In this document: positions 41,360 to 56,121 of the stretch, piece by piece
Numbering within the stretch: position 1 is the stretch's first letter
How the letters are laid out: every line of letters starts with the position of its first letter
Assembly: GCA_964016885.1 (NCBI GenBank)
Contig: OZ024742.1
Location: forward strand, 258,292,001-258,356,000
DNA: 64,000 nucleotides
From: Eledone cirrhosa
Lineage: Eukaryota
Reading direction: 5' to 3'
Made by a program: the position numbers and the translations under genes
The notes under the pieces: model-generated
What the model was told of the DNA's origin: nothing
The model's input: only the letters and a program-made list of their open reading frames with translations
Databases searched by the model: none

Positions 41360-41992
41360 TACATATATATATATATATTCATTTATTTATGTCAATGGAC
41401 GTTTAACCAGAGAATCAATAAATTAAAAATTATTATATATATACATACATAAAATGAGAAAGTGTCATACATCGTTAGAAACACACACTTTTTTTTTTAC
41501 ATATATTTATATATCATATAACATGTAGGAAAAAGTACATAGTTTAAAATGAAAAAGTTTTTCGTAAACCGAAGCAGAAATAAATCTGTGTAATCGATTA
41601 TCGAACCAGCACTCAATTTTGCTAAAGCCACGAAATTAATCACCAGACCCTTTGGATAATTTCCAATAAAGTACAAAAAATACCTTTAAATCTATTGGGT
41701 TCCGAGAGGCAGCCAAAAGTATAGACTGCATGGTATGAATGAGATATTGATAATAGCACAGTTATATAAAGGACTGGACGTCGTATCCGTTAGAAAGAGG
41801 TACGAAGTACTAGTCACAGTATAAGCAGCTCTTCAATTTAAGAATTTGCAGCAGATATATACTATATTAAGGTATCATAACATATGTAATATGATTGTAT
41901 TGTTCAGAGCATCAACTATTCAAATTATAAGATATATGTATATATATATAGATAGAAATATCCATATATCGTTAGAGAAAACATAGTACATT

Positions 41993-42071
<79 letters not shown>

Positions 42072-42193
42072 CATACATATATATACTATATTAAGGTATC
42101 ATAACATATGTAATATGTATGTATTGTCCAGAGCATCAATTATTCAAATTATGAGATATATGTATAAAATATGTATATATATATATATATCTT

Positions 42194-42299
<106 letters not shown>

Positions 42300-42309
42300 T
42301 ATATTTCGA

Positions 42310-42367
42310 ATACCTGATGATATCACCGGATTCATACGGAACCCGGTTATTGAAATGATCATAGTAT
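42310..42367 (+). ncRNA. Type I hammerhead ribozyme
   Basis: atac-CTGATGA-..accgg..ccggt..-GAAA-tgatca-TA-gtat. Confidence 0.82.
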
Positions 42368-44693
42368 AATAAACCTTTCAAGGTTTTACACAAATCCAGC
42401 CTCCTGTCATTTCATTATAATATTTAACTCCGTAATAGCACCACCAACTACAAAAGCAAAGACGGTTGAACTGCTTTACGTTGAGTACTCTCTATATTAT
42501 TACATTGCGATTGACCATACGGAATTGACCAGCTCTATCCAGTGGTGAACCACAAACCTGAATAAATAATGCTCCTGAAATGTTGAGCACTTCCAAATGT
42601 AATAATGAACAGCGGCATGGCACTGAATATATCTAACCACCATTCGGATTTTGGCTACTCAGTGTTTTTGCCTACCGCCCACCTGGCCCATTGCTAATTC
42701 CCTCTCAGAATATTCGGACTTCGACGAAATTCTACGGATTAGACCATAACATGTATTGTACTGCACTATATTAACTAAATTCGCTACCCTATACTTTAGG
42801 GCATGTATAACTCACACTGAATTCTCAGACTCGAACACACACTGTTTCCACATCTATATGCATTATCTGACTGCAACTTGAACTATATTGTATTTCTCCT
42901 GTGTCTTGATCTCTCCATTTACACCACCACCACTCTTGTTTGTTTATTTATATCTTTATATCTTTATACCTTTGCTGTATTAATGCTTTTTCCACGTATT
43001 ATACTTCTATACTTTTTACTTCCCTTATTCCGACCTTTACTCGCGTGTAGCCTTAGCACACGACACTGGAATGTCTCCCCCTGGGAACATAAATACTGCA
43101 ACCTGAACTATATTGTATTTCTCCTATGTCTTGATTTCTCCATCTTACTCCACCACCACTCTTGTTGGTTTATTTATATATTTATATTTATTTATTTATA
43201 TATTTATATATTTATACCTTTGCTTTATCAATGTGCTTTTCCACGTATTCCACTTCTATGTATCCATGTATTTCTACTCCTCCTATTGGGACTTTTGCTC
43301 ACTTGTACCCATTAGCACACGACACTAGAATGTCTCCCCCTGAGAACAAAAATAAATATTACCCGACTATATCCCTTACTCTACATCCCACTAAGATAAA
43401 TTATAGAAGATCTACATAATACAATTAACGTTTCTTCATAAAAGACTCTCTTTAACTAAACCCCGCAACCCAAAACCTTAAAAAAGTTTTTTTAAATGTT
43501 TAATTTTCAATTTTCTGTTTGTTCAATTCTCAATCTTCTTACTCTTTAATTTTATAATGTTATTCTGAATTCTTTCAACTTCATCCTATACATTTAAACA
43601 ATATTTTAACGTTCCATATTTCTGTCGGACTGTTGGGTTGGTTTTCCTGGCGGCGGAACCGGCCCCCTGGCGCATAGGCCTACCTTGAGTGCTTGGAAAA
43701 ATAAATTTCCCTTTCTTTCGGTAAATGAAACTACTCGGAGTGGCTTGATTCGCCCCTGGCGTGCAGCCGGTTTTTTAGCCGCCACATAGTACCTTTAAAT
43801 TACAGATCAAATCAGAACTATTAGATATATCACGCCTCCCTCTACTTAAGCACCCCCCCCCCCACTCCTGGGTAAAGGAATTGTACTGGTTTTGTACAAG
43901 AATGGCCTAACGATGCGGGCTGATATCCTGCTGGCGCAACTGAAGCCTGTTATACATTCCTAGAGTGCTCGGAAATATCGATTTCCATATCTTTCGCTAG
44001 GCGATATCACTCGGAGTGATGGACTGGGCTGCCCAAGCTTGTAGTCGTCGCATGATGTTTGACGGCTAAAGAAAGACATAATCTTTACTCTATAATAAAA
44101 TTTACGTGTCTTCATAAAAGACTCTTTATTTGCCTAAACCACGCAACCTTAAAAATGTTAAACTGTTTAATTTGAAATTTTCTAATTTCTTTAATATTAA
44201 ATATTAATTTTTAACTTCATCCTATAAGTCTAAACAAAAACGTAACGTTCCAATCTTCTGCTCACACGTTATAACACACTGACCCCCACTATATTTACCT
44301 CTGCTAAAATACGGGTCCCTGTGAACATTCTTTTTTTCGCGCCACTCCTGGCCAGACTGTAGTCTGACATTAATATCGACCTTTCTTCCTCTTTCTTTCT
44401 ATCTTTCTTCTTGTAGCCATCAACCCTGATTTTTCTACTTCTTCCTTTTCTTACCTTCTCTTCTCCCTTCTTTCTGTCTTCCTCCCGCTGACTTATCTTC
44501 CTTCCCCTTTTTGTTTGCCTATATTTGACCGGTAGTAGTCGTTAATATACGGGTCCCGTAGAATAAAAAAATTCTTCGCGACAATCCTGGCCTGACTGTA
44601 ATACCGACCTTTCCTCCTCTTTCTTTCTGTCTTTCTTCTTATAGCTGACATTAACCCTGGCTTCTCTTCTTCTTCCTCTCCCTTCTTCTCTCT

Positions 44694-44741
<48 letters not shown>

Positions 44742-44948
44742 TTTCTTGTGGCATGATATTAACGCTAACTTATGTTCCCATCCCTTTCTGTTTTCCTTTA
44801 TTTGACCGGTAATAGCACACTGTAAGCTTTAGCCACGTCACTCGAGGGCGACCGGCGAAGGTAGAAGATGCTGGATGGCGGTCGCCCTCGGGTCCTTGAT
44901 TTTCAGCCCCATGGATTTTATCTATTACATTCACTTATTATATTTCGA

Positions 44949-45006
44949 ATACCTGATGAGATCACCGGATTCATACGGAACCCGGTCATTGAAATGATCA
45001 TAGTAT
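44949..45006 (+). ncRNA. Type I hammerhead ribozyme, second copy
   Basis: Same motif 2639 nt downstream. Confidence 0.82.
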
Positions 45007-45215
45007 AATAAACCTTTCAAGGTTTTACACAAATCCAGCCTCCTGTCATTTCATTATAATATTTAACTCCGTAATAGCACCACCAACTACAAAAACAAAG
45101 ACGGTTGAACTGCTTTACGTTGAGTACTCTCTATATTATTACATTGCGATTGACCATACGGAATTGACCAGCTCTATCCAGTGGTGAACCTCAAACCTGA
45201 ATATATATATATATA

Positions 45216-45477
45216 TAAAGTAAGAATATTTTCGAAACAGCGAGCGAGTTTGAAATTATAAATGTAAGCTATCGCCGTATTTTGACTAAAGAAATTAGAG
45301 AAAATTATTTAGCCTGATAGTTGGGTTAAGAACCCTCGGACAAATGGACAAAGATGAGTATTGACGTCAATACTTATCTTTGTCCATTTCTCCGAGGGTT
45401 CTTAACGGCACTATCATGCTAAATAATTTTATTTAATTTCTTTAGTCAAAATACGGCGATAGCTTACATTTATAATA
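45216..45477 (-). mobile_element. Fold-back element + short tail, family E
   Basis: Near-perfect palindrome 45255-45477 centred on TTGACGTCAA; ~40-bp unpaired tail on left; (TA)n flanks. Confidence 0.8.
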
Positions 45478-45491
45478 TATATATATATATA

Positions 45492-45853
45492 TTGTCCGGG
45501 CAAGACTGCCCTAACAGCGGCCAGAGTTACCTCCCTTGACCTGCTGCAAAATCAAAACAAGATATTTTTGCGAGCAATGAACCTTGATGTGGATTTAACC
45601 CCAAACACTCTTTCCGGGCAATATAAGGAACACTTGTGATTATTTATGCCCTTGGGAAGCCCAAATGGGCGAAACGTACGTAGGTGATATTTTAAATAAA
45701 CATGTTTTCACGGTCTATTCTCCGATTTTTTACTTTCCCACGTGCTTACGCTCTGCTAACTCTCTAGCCCACTAAATATTAACACTTCGAATATTTAATA
45801 CTGCCGGCACTAGTATCGAGCACCTTTGGCATACGCTACTTGGCAAATAACTA
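45492..45853 (+). mobile_element. PLE-like 3' end with degenerate HHR and tail, family F
   Basis: gccc..gggc-GAAA-cgtacg-TA-ggtg at ~45647-45685; tail TAGTATCGAGCACCTTTGGCATACG. Confidence 0.6.
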
Positions 45854-46241
45854 TATGTATCACCTATCTCCCCTTCTTTTCTCTTTCTCGATACGTAAAT
45901 ACTATATATATATGTATATATAAAGCATATGATATTTAGGAAAAAGTACAACATTTAAGATGGAAAATCTCTAATTGTCCTTACGGTACTGTTTCATATT
46001 TCGTAAACCGAGGCAAACATCGATCTGAGTAATCGATTATCGATTACCAATTATCGACTTTAGTAAATTATATTATATTCCCTTTCCGTTTTCTTTTATC
46101 CCACATCATTCCATATATTTATTGTGGGCTGGAAAGCGTAATACTGATATGGCTCATAAATAGACCTGAAAGACATTTAACGATCGAGAAATCTCTGTGT
46201 TGTTCATTTGTCTTATTAGTTAATTTTACATTTTATATATA

Positions 46242-46479
<238 letters not shown>

Positions 46480-46482
46480 GTA

Positions 46483-46575
<93 letters not shown>

Positions 46576-46576
46576 A

Positions 46577-47807
46577 TTGTTATGCTTTGGGGGGTCATGT
46601 TGCTAATAAGAAACACACGCACCCTTGCTTTCACTTTAATTTTTTATAAATTTCCGGTTGGTTGGTTGGTTGGTTGGTTGGTTCCACAACCAGAAGATTG
46701 TCCATATATTGTCAAAAGTCTTTCGTTACACATTATGTGACCTCTTCAGTGACTGGGGATTCTTTTCTTTTCTTTGTTTTTGTGCCTCTCCTTATAAACT
46801 CATGGTATGATAGCAATAAATACCACAGTGTAATGTTCATCAATACAACACCTAGAGGTGAATTAGCTTACAGATTTAGAAGGGCCCTAGATAAATATAA
46901 ACTCAATATTAAGATAGTAGAAAGACCAGCTACCTCCATAAAAACACTTATCAAAGACCTCCCTGTATAGATAAGAAATGTATAATCTGTAAACTAAGCC
47001 CCCATATTAACTTTAAAACTAGAAATGTAGTATATAGCATAAGATGTACTGAAGGACAAGGTAAAGATAAGAATATAGTGTACATAGGTGAGACAGCTCG
47101 TAGTATAGGAGAACGGATAAATGAACACTGGCGAAGGCTTCAAGATAGTAAAGAATCATCTGTACTCTACCAACATGCTAAAATAGAACATAAGGGTAAA
47201 TTAGAGAACATAGAAATAAAAATAGAATCTACACACAGAAAAGACGCAATGTTTAGACAAATCACAGAGGCAATAAACATAAATGAACTCAAACCAAAAT
47301 TAAATAGAAAACATGAATGGAATAGCAACATCACAACTTACAATTAAGGACAAAATGAAAAAACACACACACATAGAACAACCAACCAACCGTCCAGTAA
47401 CATGTAAATAAACAAATAAATAAACAAATATAAACACACACAGACACCCGGGTGTAACACATGCGCAAACTAAGCACACAACACACACAAAAACAAGATG
47501 GCGTAGGCCAGAACAAAGGAGAGGCACAAAAACAAAGAAGAAAATAATCCCCAGTCACTGAAGAGGTCACATAATGTGTGACGAAAGAACTTTGAAAATA
47601 TATGAACAATCGTCTGGTTGTGGAACCAACCAACCAACCAACCGGAAATTTATAAATTCCTGAATTTATAAATTTAATTTATAATAAATTGAAGTGAAAC
47701 ATCTGGTGCGTGTGTTTCTTATTGACAACATGACCATCCCAAAGCATTACAATGTCGGTTTCAACACACGTTTTCAGATAAAGTATCTTGCTAAACAAAT
47801 TCAGAAA

Positions 47808-47810
<3 letters not shown>
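46577..47810 (+). mobile_element. Family K PLE: inverted 215-bp arm + truncated GIY-YIG region + pLTR + tail
   Basis: 46577-46791 is inverted relative to 47517-47752; 46792-47347 encodes INSWYDSNK..YIGETARS..; tail 47753-47810; HHR gtca-CTGAAGA-ggtcaca..tgtgac-GAAA at ~47553-47596. Confidence 0.9.
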
Positions 47811-47905
<95 letters not shown>

Positions 47906-48174
47906 GTATAAGATTTGGAATTCACTGCTTCCCTATATTGATTCCGTTGGCCTAGCCTGTAGTACACTGCGATCGTACGAGAAAACGCGTGATTGTGGAA
48001 CGAAACTATTAACCACCTGGCCTTTTCCAAGCGAACATTACAATGTATCTACGAATATAGCCGCTGGCATTATTTTTGAGTAGGCGTTAGTTATAAGAGT
48101 GTGATTGATATCTGAGCCAAATATATTAGACAAAACTATTTGTTGATATTATCAAGCCTTATGCCTGTTTGAAG

Positions 48175-48347
48175 TACCGTATTTCCCGACGTCGAAGATG
48201 CTTCCTTTTTCCTAAAATAAGTCTGAAAAATCTACCATGCGTCCTAGACGCCGAAGGTCGTTTATTATATTTTTTTCAATTATTTGCTTGTAAAAATTAG
48301 GGCGCGTCCTCGAGGACGAAGCGTCTTTGGCGCCGGGAAATAAGGTA
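48175..48347. mobile_element. Tc1/mariner-pogo-like MITE
   Basis: TA|CCGTATTTCCCGACG ... CGCCGGGAAATAAGG|TA terminal inverted repeats with TA on both sides. Confidence 0.7.
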
Positions 48348-49391
48348 CGTAGTGTACTTAAATATAACTCCTGTAAATATAAAGCTACAGAAACCATATA
48401 AGATATGAATGTGGTAATAAATCTTAACAGCATTAGCTGTAAGTAGGTGATAATATATTGCATATATGAATTGTATGGCGCTGAAATCTAAAGAAGCTGC
48501 CTAAATATATTTAGTCATCATATTCGAAACATTGCGGTGTATGGGCTTTTAAAAGTATGGTCATGATAAGAAACTTGTGATTTATACAGATTCCTTGTGT
48601 AAGCAACACAAAGTAGAAATGTGAAAACACGAATAGCCTGAATTTCACTCGAATTTGAAGTAATCTATTTTATAATTTTGTATATCATTATCAATGGTAC
48701 GTGCTATGTGTTTTCACGTGTCGTCCTCTTTCTTCTCTTACAAATATCTTATCATCCTTCTGTACGTTAATACTATATTAGAACTCTAACAACCGTTATA
48801 CTAATATAGTCATATATTGTAATATTGACACCTAGTGATTATTTATCTTTTTATCTGTTTCAGTTTCATCTACATTAATAAAGCTGACAGCCATATGTAT
48901 GTCACAAACTTATGGCGAAACGGCACCAAATTTGCACCATAGGTGTAACTTTTTCCAAGGAAGAAAGTGAGGGTATTTTTGTCTACTAAATTTCGTTATT
49001 CTTGATTAAAGATATTTTGTTTATTTAAAGATTCGCTTCTTTAAAATTTACAAATGTCAACACTTCCGGTTAGCTATCGCTTAAATAAACATTCATATAT
49101 TTTGAAGTTTATATATAATATCGTCTTTTTTTAATGTATCATGGATTAAATTTATGTGTATATAGTCAATCTCTATCTATATTAATAAAGCTGACTTCAT
49201 TACTGGTACTTTATTATATATAATATATAAAAAACGACATTCCTCTCTCTTTCTTATTCTGTCCTTTTAGATAGTTACATTGCTATAACGTCGCGCGCTT
49301 ATCTGTCTGTATGTCTGCCTGTCTCAATTGTCTTCGCTTCTAACAAACTTTTAATTAATTATATATATATATATATAATTATATATTCGTG

Positions 49392-50140
49392 TACATATTT
49401 TCAGCAGTAATACTGTACTATATATTTTCAACAATAATACTATACTATTTATTTTCAACAGTAGTACTGTACTATATATATTTTAACAGTAATACTGTAC
49501 TATATATTTTCAACAGTAATACTATATTATATATTTTCAACAATAATACTGTACTACACAATATATTTTCAACAGTAACACTATACTGTACGATATGTTT
49601 TCAACAGTAATACTGTACTATATATTTTCAACATTAATACTATGATAAATATTTTCAACAGTAATACTATACTATATATTTTCAACAATAATACTATTCT
49701 ATATATCTTTAACAGTAATAGGGTACTATACTATATATTTTCAACAGTAATACAGTAATACAGTACTATACTATATATTTTCAACAGTAATACTGTACTA
49801 TACTATATATGTTCAACAGTAATACTGTACTAGTATACTATATGTTTTCAAAAGTAATATTATACTATATATTTTCAACAGTAATACCATACTATATATT
49901 TTCAACAGTAATACTATACTATATATTTTCAACAGTAATACTGTACTATATATTTACAACAGTAATACTATACTATATATTTTCAGAAGTAATACTGTAC
50001 TATATATTTTCAACAGTAATACTATACTATATATTTTCAACAGTAATACTGTACTATATATTTTTAACAGTAATATTTTACTAAATATTTTCAACAGTAA
50101 TACTGTTCTAATTATTTTCAACAATAATACTATACCATAT
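49392..50140. repeat. Minisatellite, ~27-bp unit (AACAGTAATACTGTACTATATATTTTC)
   Basis: About 25 degenerate tandem copies. Confidence 0.92.
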
Positions 50141-50159
50141 ATATTTAAGAGTGATATTA

Positions 50160-51016
50160 TCTATATATATAAAACTGAGGATGTCTGTGTGTGTGAGTTC
50201 GAATCCCTAAAACTCGAGAACCACCCAACCAACTATTTTCAAACTTTACACATGTAATACATATATTTCAAGGAGTGTTCTGAGCAAAAAATAAAATTCA
50301 AATGTGCAATTTGCTATGGACCACATTAGGCGATTTAGCGATCTCTTTTTAGATAGATACATACTTATAACGTCGCGCCCATATCATATCTGTCTGTATG
50401 TCTGATGTCTGCATTACGTCTCTTTTTTTAGGATGTCTGTGTGCGTGTGAGAGTTTGAATCCCTAAAACTCGAGAAGTACCCAACCGATTTTTTTCAAAC
50501 TTTACATGTGTATTACTTATGTTTCAGGGAGTGTTATGCTTTTTTTTCATCTCCCGCATTAGGTGAAAAAGTGTGTTGTTTAACATTTTAGGGAGTTTTG
50601 AGGCGTTACGTCAGACCGATTTCCTTGAAATTTTAACTATGTATTAGTCAGTCTCTTCTCCATACCGTAAGCAAAGAAAATCCAACTTTCTTATGGCCTA
50701 GGGCCCGCATTAGGTGAAAAACTTCATTTTTTTCAGCTTCTTAGGGCTTTTTGGAGGCGTTACGTCTAGCCGATTTTCAGGAAATGTCAAGGCATATTAT
50801 GCACAAAATTAATTCATTTTCTTGATCACCTAGGGCCCGAATTTGAGCGAAAACCTGCATTTTTCCTGCTTCATCGAGGAAAATCTTACAGATTATCCAG
50901 CCATCAGAGTATTCGGTTTATTTTCTTTACATATTGTCCAAGCATGCATTTTTTAGGTCTATTGGCGGCCCGCCTTCCAAAAACCTTATCCCGTGCAACG
51001 CCGGGTACCTCTGCTA

Positions 51017-51017
<1 letters not shown>
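50160..51017 (+). mobile_element. Non-autonomous Helitron-like element
   Basis: A|TCTATATATATAAAAC start; 3' hairpin CCCGTGCAACGCCGGG and CTAG|T end. Confidence 0.78.
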
Positions 51018-51068
<51 letters not shown>

Positions 51069-51094
51069 CTGTGTGTACGTGTGTGTGTGTGTGT

Positions 51095-51131
<37 letters not shown>

Positions 51132-51593
51132 TGTAGGTTGGGTTGTGTGTATGTGTATGGGTATGTAAAACAATGACATATTGTACAAAAGGCTTTGAAG
51201 AATCTTTCCGCCTCTTTTATTTCTTATTACAAATCTCACTGAGGTAAGTTTCATCCATAGAGCTTGATAAACTATGGTTCCAGTGAAGTAATAAAGATAT
51301 GATCGAAAATTAATTCCCTTAAAACTCCTGACTTCGTGCCTAAGTTAGAAATCATTATGATTTTCTCATATAATTGTTTCTACTTTTGGCACAAGGGCAG
51401 CGATTACCAGTGCATTACTGGTTCTTTATGTTATCGACCCCGTAAGGATGAAAGATTTTCTCATATAATAACTGCAAACTACTTTCCCTTACTATTGAAG
51501 TGAAAAATTGTCTTACCTGTCGTAACTAGAAACATGTAAACATTTGTTCTCACTCTCTTTCTCTGTCTCTGTCTCTCTCTCTCTCTCTCTCAT

Positions 51594-51644
<51 letters not shown>

Positions 51645-51676
51645 GCGCGCAGACACACATATATATATATATATAC

Positions 51677-51724
<48 letters not shown>

Positions 51725-52642
51725 GAATGTATCTATAATATATATGATAATATACTGTATGTTTATTTTAAAGCATTCTGAAGAACATTCGCTATGAGTT
51801 TTAATGTAGTGTCTATGTCATTTACTTTGTCCCGGCAAAAACAAAGGGAAGAACCGACAGCTGTTTCTCGTTTGTTAACGGTTATCAAGAATGCTTATCC
51901 CTTCGCTTCTGCCGAGATTTTAGAAGCTGAATTCTTATAGAATTTCAGTGATGTTTAAGAGTTGATTAAGCAGATCAGTTGCCGGTCCAGCAAACATTAG
52001 AAATTAGTATCAGTGCTCTGAAATAACGATGTATGTATGAATGTATGTGTAGTATATTTGATAATATACTGTATGTTTAATATAATACATTTTGAAGACT
52101 ATTCGATATGAGTTTTAAAGTAGTGACTATGTCACTTACTTAGATTTTGCCGAGAAACAAACAAGAAACAGCTGTTGGTTGCTTCGTTTAGTTTTTGCGA
52201 GACAAAGTAAGTGACATAGTCACTACTTTAAAACTCATTGTGAATGGTCTTCAAAATGTTTTTAAATAAACATACAGTATATTATCAAATATACTATACA
52301 TACATTCATATATACATCACTATTTCAGAGCACTGATACTAATTTCTAATCTTTCCTGGACCGGCAACTGCTCTGCTTAATCAGCTCTTAAAAATCACTG
52401 GAATTCTATAATAATCCAGCTTCTATAGTCTCGGCAGAAGTGAAGGGATACACAATCTTGATAACCGTTAACAAACGAGAAACAGCCGTCGGTTGCTTCC
52501 CTTTGGATTTGGCGAGACAAACAAAGTAAGTGACATATTCACTATTTTAAAACTCATAGCGAATGGTCTTCAAAATGTTTTCAAATAAACATACAGTATA
52601 TTATCAAATATACTATACATACATTCATACATACATCGGTAT
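51725..52642. mobile_element. Family G fold-back: inverted pair of partial-tandem ~310-bp HHR-like units + tail
   Basis: 51725-52150 is inverted relative to 52200-52628; GAAA-cagctg-TC halves at ~51856 (-) and ~52480 (+); short tail containing GAGTAC. Confidence 0.78.
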
Positions 52643-52658
52643 TTCCTGAGTACTGATA

Positions 52659-52724
<66 letters not shown>

Positions 52725-53014
52725 GCGTTCAATCGGGGGTAACCACAGTATATAAGGTACTCAATACATAACAGAGTATAAATATTTAATATACAAATGG
52801 CTTCTGCAGGACTAGAAATTATATATATATATATATATGTCTGTATGTATGTATATAGACATATATGCGCACATACACCCCCGCATATATATATAATTGT
52901 TATCTCCAGTAAATATTTCGATACCAGACGATAGTACAATGACGTTAATGCAGTTGCATTGCATGCCTATGCATTGCACACACACACACACACACAAACA
53001 CAAACACACAAACA

Positions 53015-53105
<91 letters not shown>

Positions 53106-53135
53106 TCATACATACATATGTTTTCATATATATAC

Positions 53136-54874
53136 TAGCTGACGTACCCAGCTTCGCCCGGTTAATAAGATGATAAGAGAAGACAAGTAAAAGAGAAAAT
53201 GACTGTATTGGATGTTTGTCTAGTTACAGTATGAGGCGAGTCCGTGGTGTCTGTATGATACAAAAAACATTTTTAAAAATCTTCCAGATATACCAGATTC
53301 TACCGTTTCTGCATAGTATATGAAGAATTCTAGGTGCTCCCACCTAGAATAGCGACCTCAAGTAGATGGTTCATCTTCTGCCTGACTGTAAATCGTGTAT
53401 CATTACATAGACGTGGTTGTTCCACGTTTCTCAAAAGGATGATGGAAGTTCCAATCTTTTATATTATATGTAGATATAGATATAGATAATTAAAATAAAA
53501 GATGATGCTCAGCCAGTTCGTCTTCAATCATTGCAGCACGCCGTCGCTGCTTGGCTCCAGTTTTTCGATGGTGTTGTTCAGACAGCTCCTCTTCATTCAT
53601 GGCGGCACGTCTTCGCCTCCGAATTTCGGCGTTCCGATGGCGCTGTTCGGCCCGTTTTTTGTCATTCATGGCTGCATGCTGTCGCTGCTGTAGTTCACTG
53701 TTTGATAAAGTCAAATTGCTTTTACCCCCTGTGGAACGCTGCACACACGCACACGAACACATAAACATACACGGTAATAGTTACAGCATTCACTTTGCCT
53801 CTCTTGTTGTTACTCTCCCCTCTCACTCCCTCATCGGCATTATGCATATTAATTTAAGTTTGGCGTCGTTGATGTGGGTTGAGTCGTTTGAAACCTATGA
53901 ACCAATGATAATCAAGAATTATGACACACAGAATAATGGCATTGTTGAAATTAATATATGGACTAGCTGACGTAACCAGCTTCGTCCGGGTAAACAGATG
54001 ATAAGAGAAAATGTCTGTATTGGAAGTTTGTCTGGCTACAGTATGAGGCGAGTCCGTGGTGTCTGTGTGATACAAAAAACAGTAAAAAGAAAAATCTTCC
54101 AGATATACCAGATTCTTCGTTGTACCGTTTCTGCATAGTATTTGAACAATTCTAGGTGATCCCACCTAGAATAGTGACCTCTAGGAGATAGTTCATCTTC
54201 TGCCTGACTGTGAAATGTGTATCATTGCATAGACGTGGTTGATCCACGTTTCCCAAAAGGATGATGGAAGTTCCAATCTTTTTATATTATATGTAGATAT
54301 ATATATAGATAATTAATATAAAAGATGTCCGTCAATGCAAAAACAGTCCCTATTTACTCCCTTCACAACTCTGTGTATGTTAGACTGACAGACAGGCACA
54401 CAGACAGATTAACAGCATGGCGATTGTGGGATGCCGCACGTACACACACATACACGCATGGAAATGCGCACACGCACGCAAACTTACACACGCACCCGTG
54501 CATTTACACACATGCACACACTCACACATGTTGATAGTTTTTACTTTCTGTGGAACGCTGCACGCACGCACACACACATAAACATAAACGCACGTACATA
54601 CACGCACACATGTTAATAGTTATTGCTTTCCTTCCCCTCTTATTTCCACACACATCACACACACACATGTCCCTACACTGACACATACATAGCGTATCCA
54701 AACACAGCGTTAACTTTTCCTCTCTCTCTCCCCTCTCACTCCCTCATTGGAATTATGCATATTAATTTAAGTTTGGCGTCGTTGAGGTGGGCGGAGTCGT
54801 TTGAAACCTATGAACCAATTATAATCGAGAATTATGACACACGGAATACTGACATTGTTGAAATTAATATATAG
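53136..54874 (-). mobile_element. Two head-to-tail internally deleted Helitrons (53136-53960, 53963-54874)
   Basis: 3' CCGGGCGAAGCTGGG hairpin + CTAG ends; Pif1-helicase remnants IKIGTSIILLRN..RLCN.TR, SRVG.P, TKNLVYLE; 5' TC start. Confidence 0.85.
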
Positions 54875-54985
54875 ATATATGAGGGTGTTCGTGCGTTTGA
54901 GTATGTGTTTACGCATGCGTGTACAGATACCCAGACACACATACACACATATTTGTATACATATATGTGCACATGTGTGTGTGTA

Positions 54986-55039
<54 letters not shown>

Positions 55040-55772
55040 TGTGTGTGTATGTGTGAGTATGTCTATGTATATATATTCATATACTTCATTTTTATATGTT
55101 TTTCGAAAAGTACTTCATGTTAAATAGTTTGTAATAAAGACGTTATACTATTTAGATGTTACTGCTGCCAATAAAATTACAGACACTAGATAGTTTCACT
55201 TCTCTTTTATGATTAGTCAAGTATGCTATACATTCATCGCTGTGTTTAGTAAGCGTATATTTATTTGTCAAAGATCTATCGTCTCACATTACAAATATTC
55301 AGGAGGAGAGTATTGCACCTGATGTAGATATACCGCCTATACGGGATTTCTGTGTCTACTTCTTTCTCATTTTTTCCCATTACACTCACTATTGAATTTT
55401 CTATCTCTTTTTTGTTTTCTTTTAGTATAGAATAACATTTGAAGTTCTGTGTAATAACTACTTGTTCCTTTGTGTATATTCTTCATTTCAATTTTGTTTT
55501 ATATGAGATACGATGGGGGAAATAATATAAAATCAACAAGAAGAGAGAAACTCTATAAGATATATTTAAGTTAAGAATGTTACACTGTGTGTGACGAAAA
55601 AAATCTTTGACAATAATATAGTCATCCAGTTAGTAATATATACGAGGGGTTTATTATTTACCTGATTAAGTGAAAATGAAGGGTTGTTTAGCCATGATGT
55701 TCCCATATAAATAAACATCTATATATAATATGAGAATATTCAGGTTTGCTTCAAGCATTGTGGAATAAGAGA

Positions 55773-55880
55773 AAAGTTCAATTTGGAAGCTTCTACAATG
55801 CAAATGGGCAAATTTTCTTGCAGTGAAATCCTATTGCCAGCTGATTTAGCCATCTGCATTGTAGAGGCTTCCAAACTAAC
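55773..55880. repeat. Short fold-back (~35-bp arms)
   Basis: TTGGAAGCTTCTACAATGCAAATGG / CCATCTGCATTGTAGAGGCTTCCAA. Confidence 0.7.
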
Positions 55881-55891
55881 TAGTTTATATG

Positions 55892-55956
<65 letters not shown>

Positions 55957-55958
<2 letters not shown>

Positions 55959-56076
55959 CGTTTCTGAATTTGTTTAGCAAGATTCTTTATCTGAAATCGT
56001 GTGTTGAAACCGATATTGTTATACTTTGGGAGGGTCATGTTGCCAATAAATTGGCAACATGACCCTCCCAAAGTAT

Positions 56077-56081
<5 letters not shown>
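55957..56081 (-). mobile_element. Mini fold-back, family K (~32-bp perfect arms + tail)
   Basis: Tail matches 47753-47810 in reverse complement; hairpin TTGTTATACTTTGGGAGGGTCATGTTGCCAAT-aa-ATTGGCAACATGACCCTCCCAAAGTATAACAA. Confidence 0.9.
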
Positions 56082-56121
<40 letters not shown>

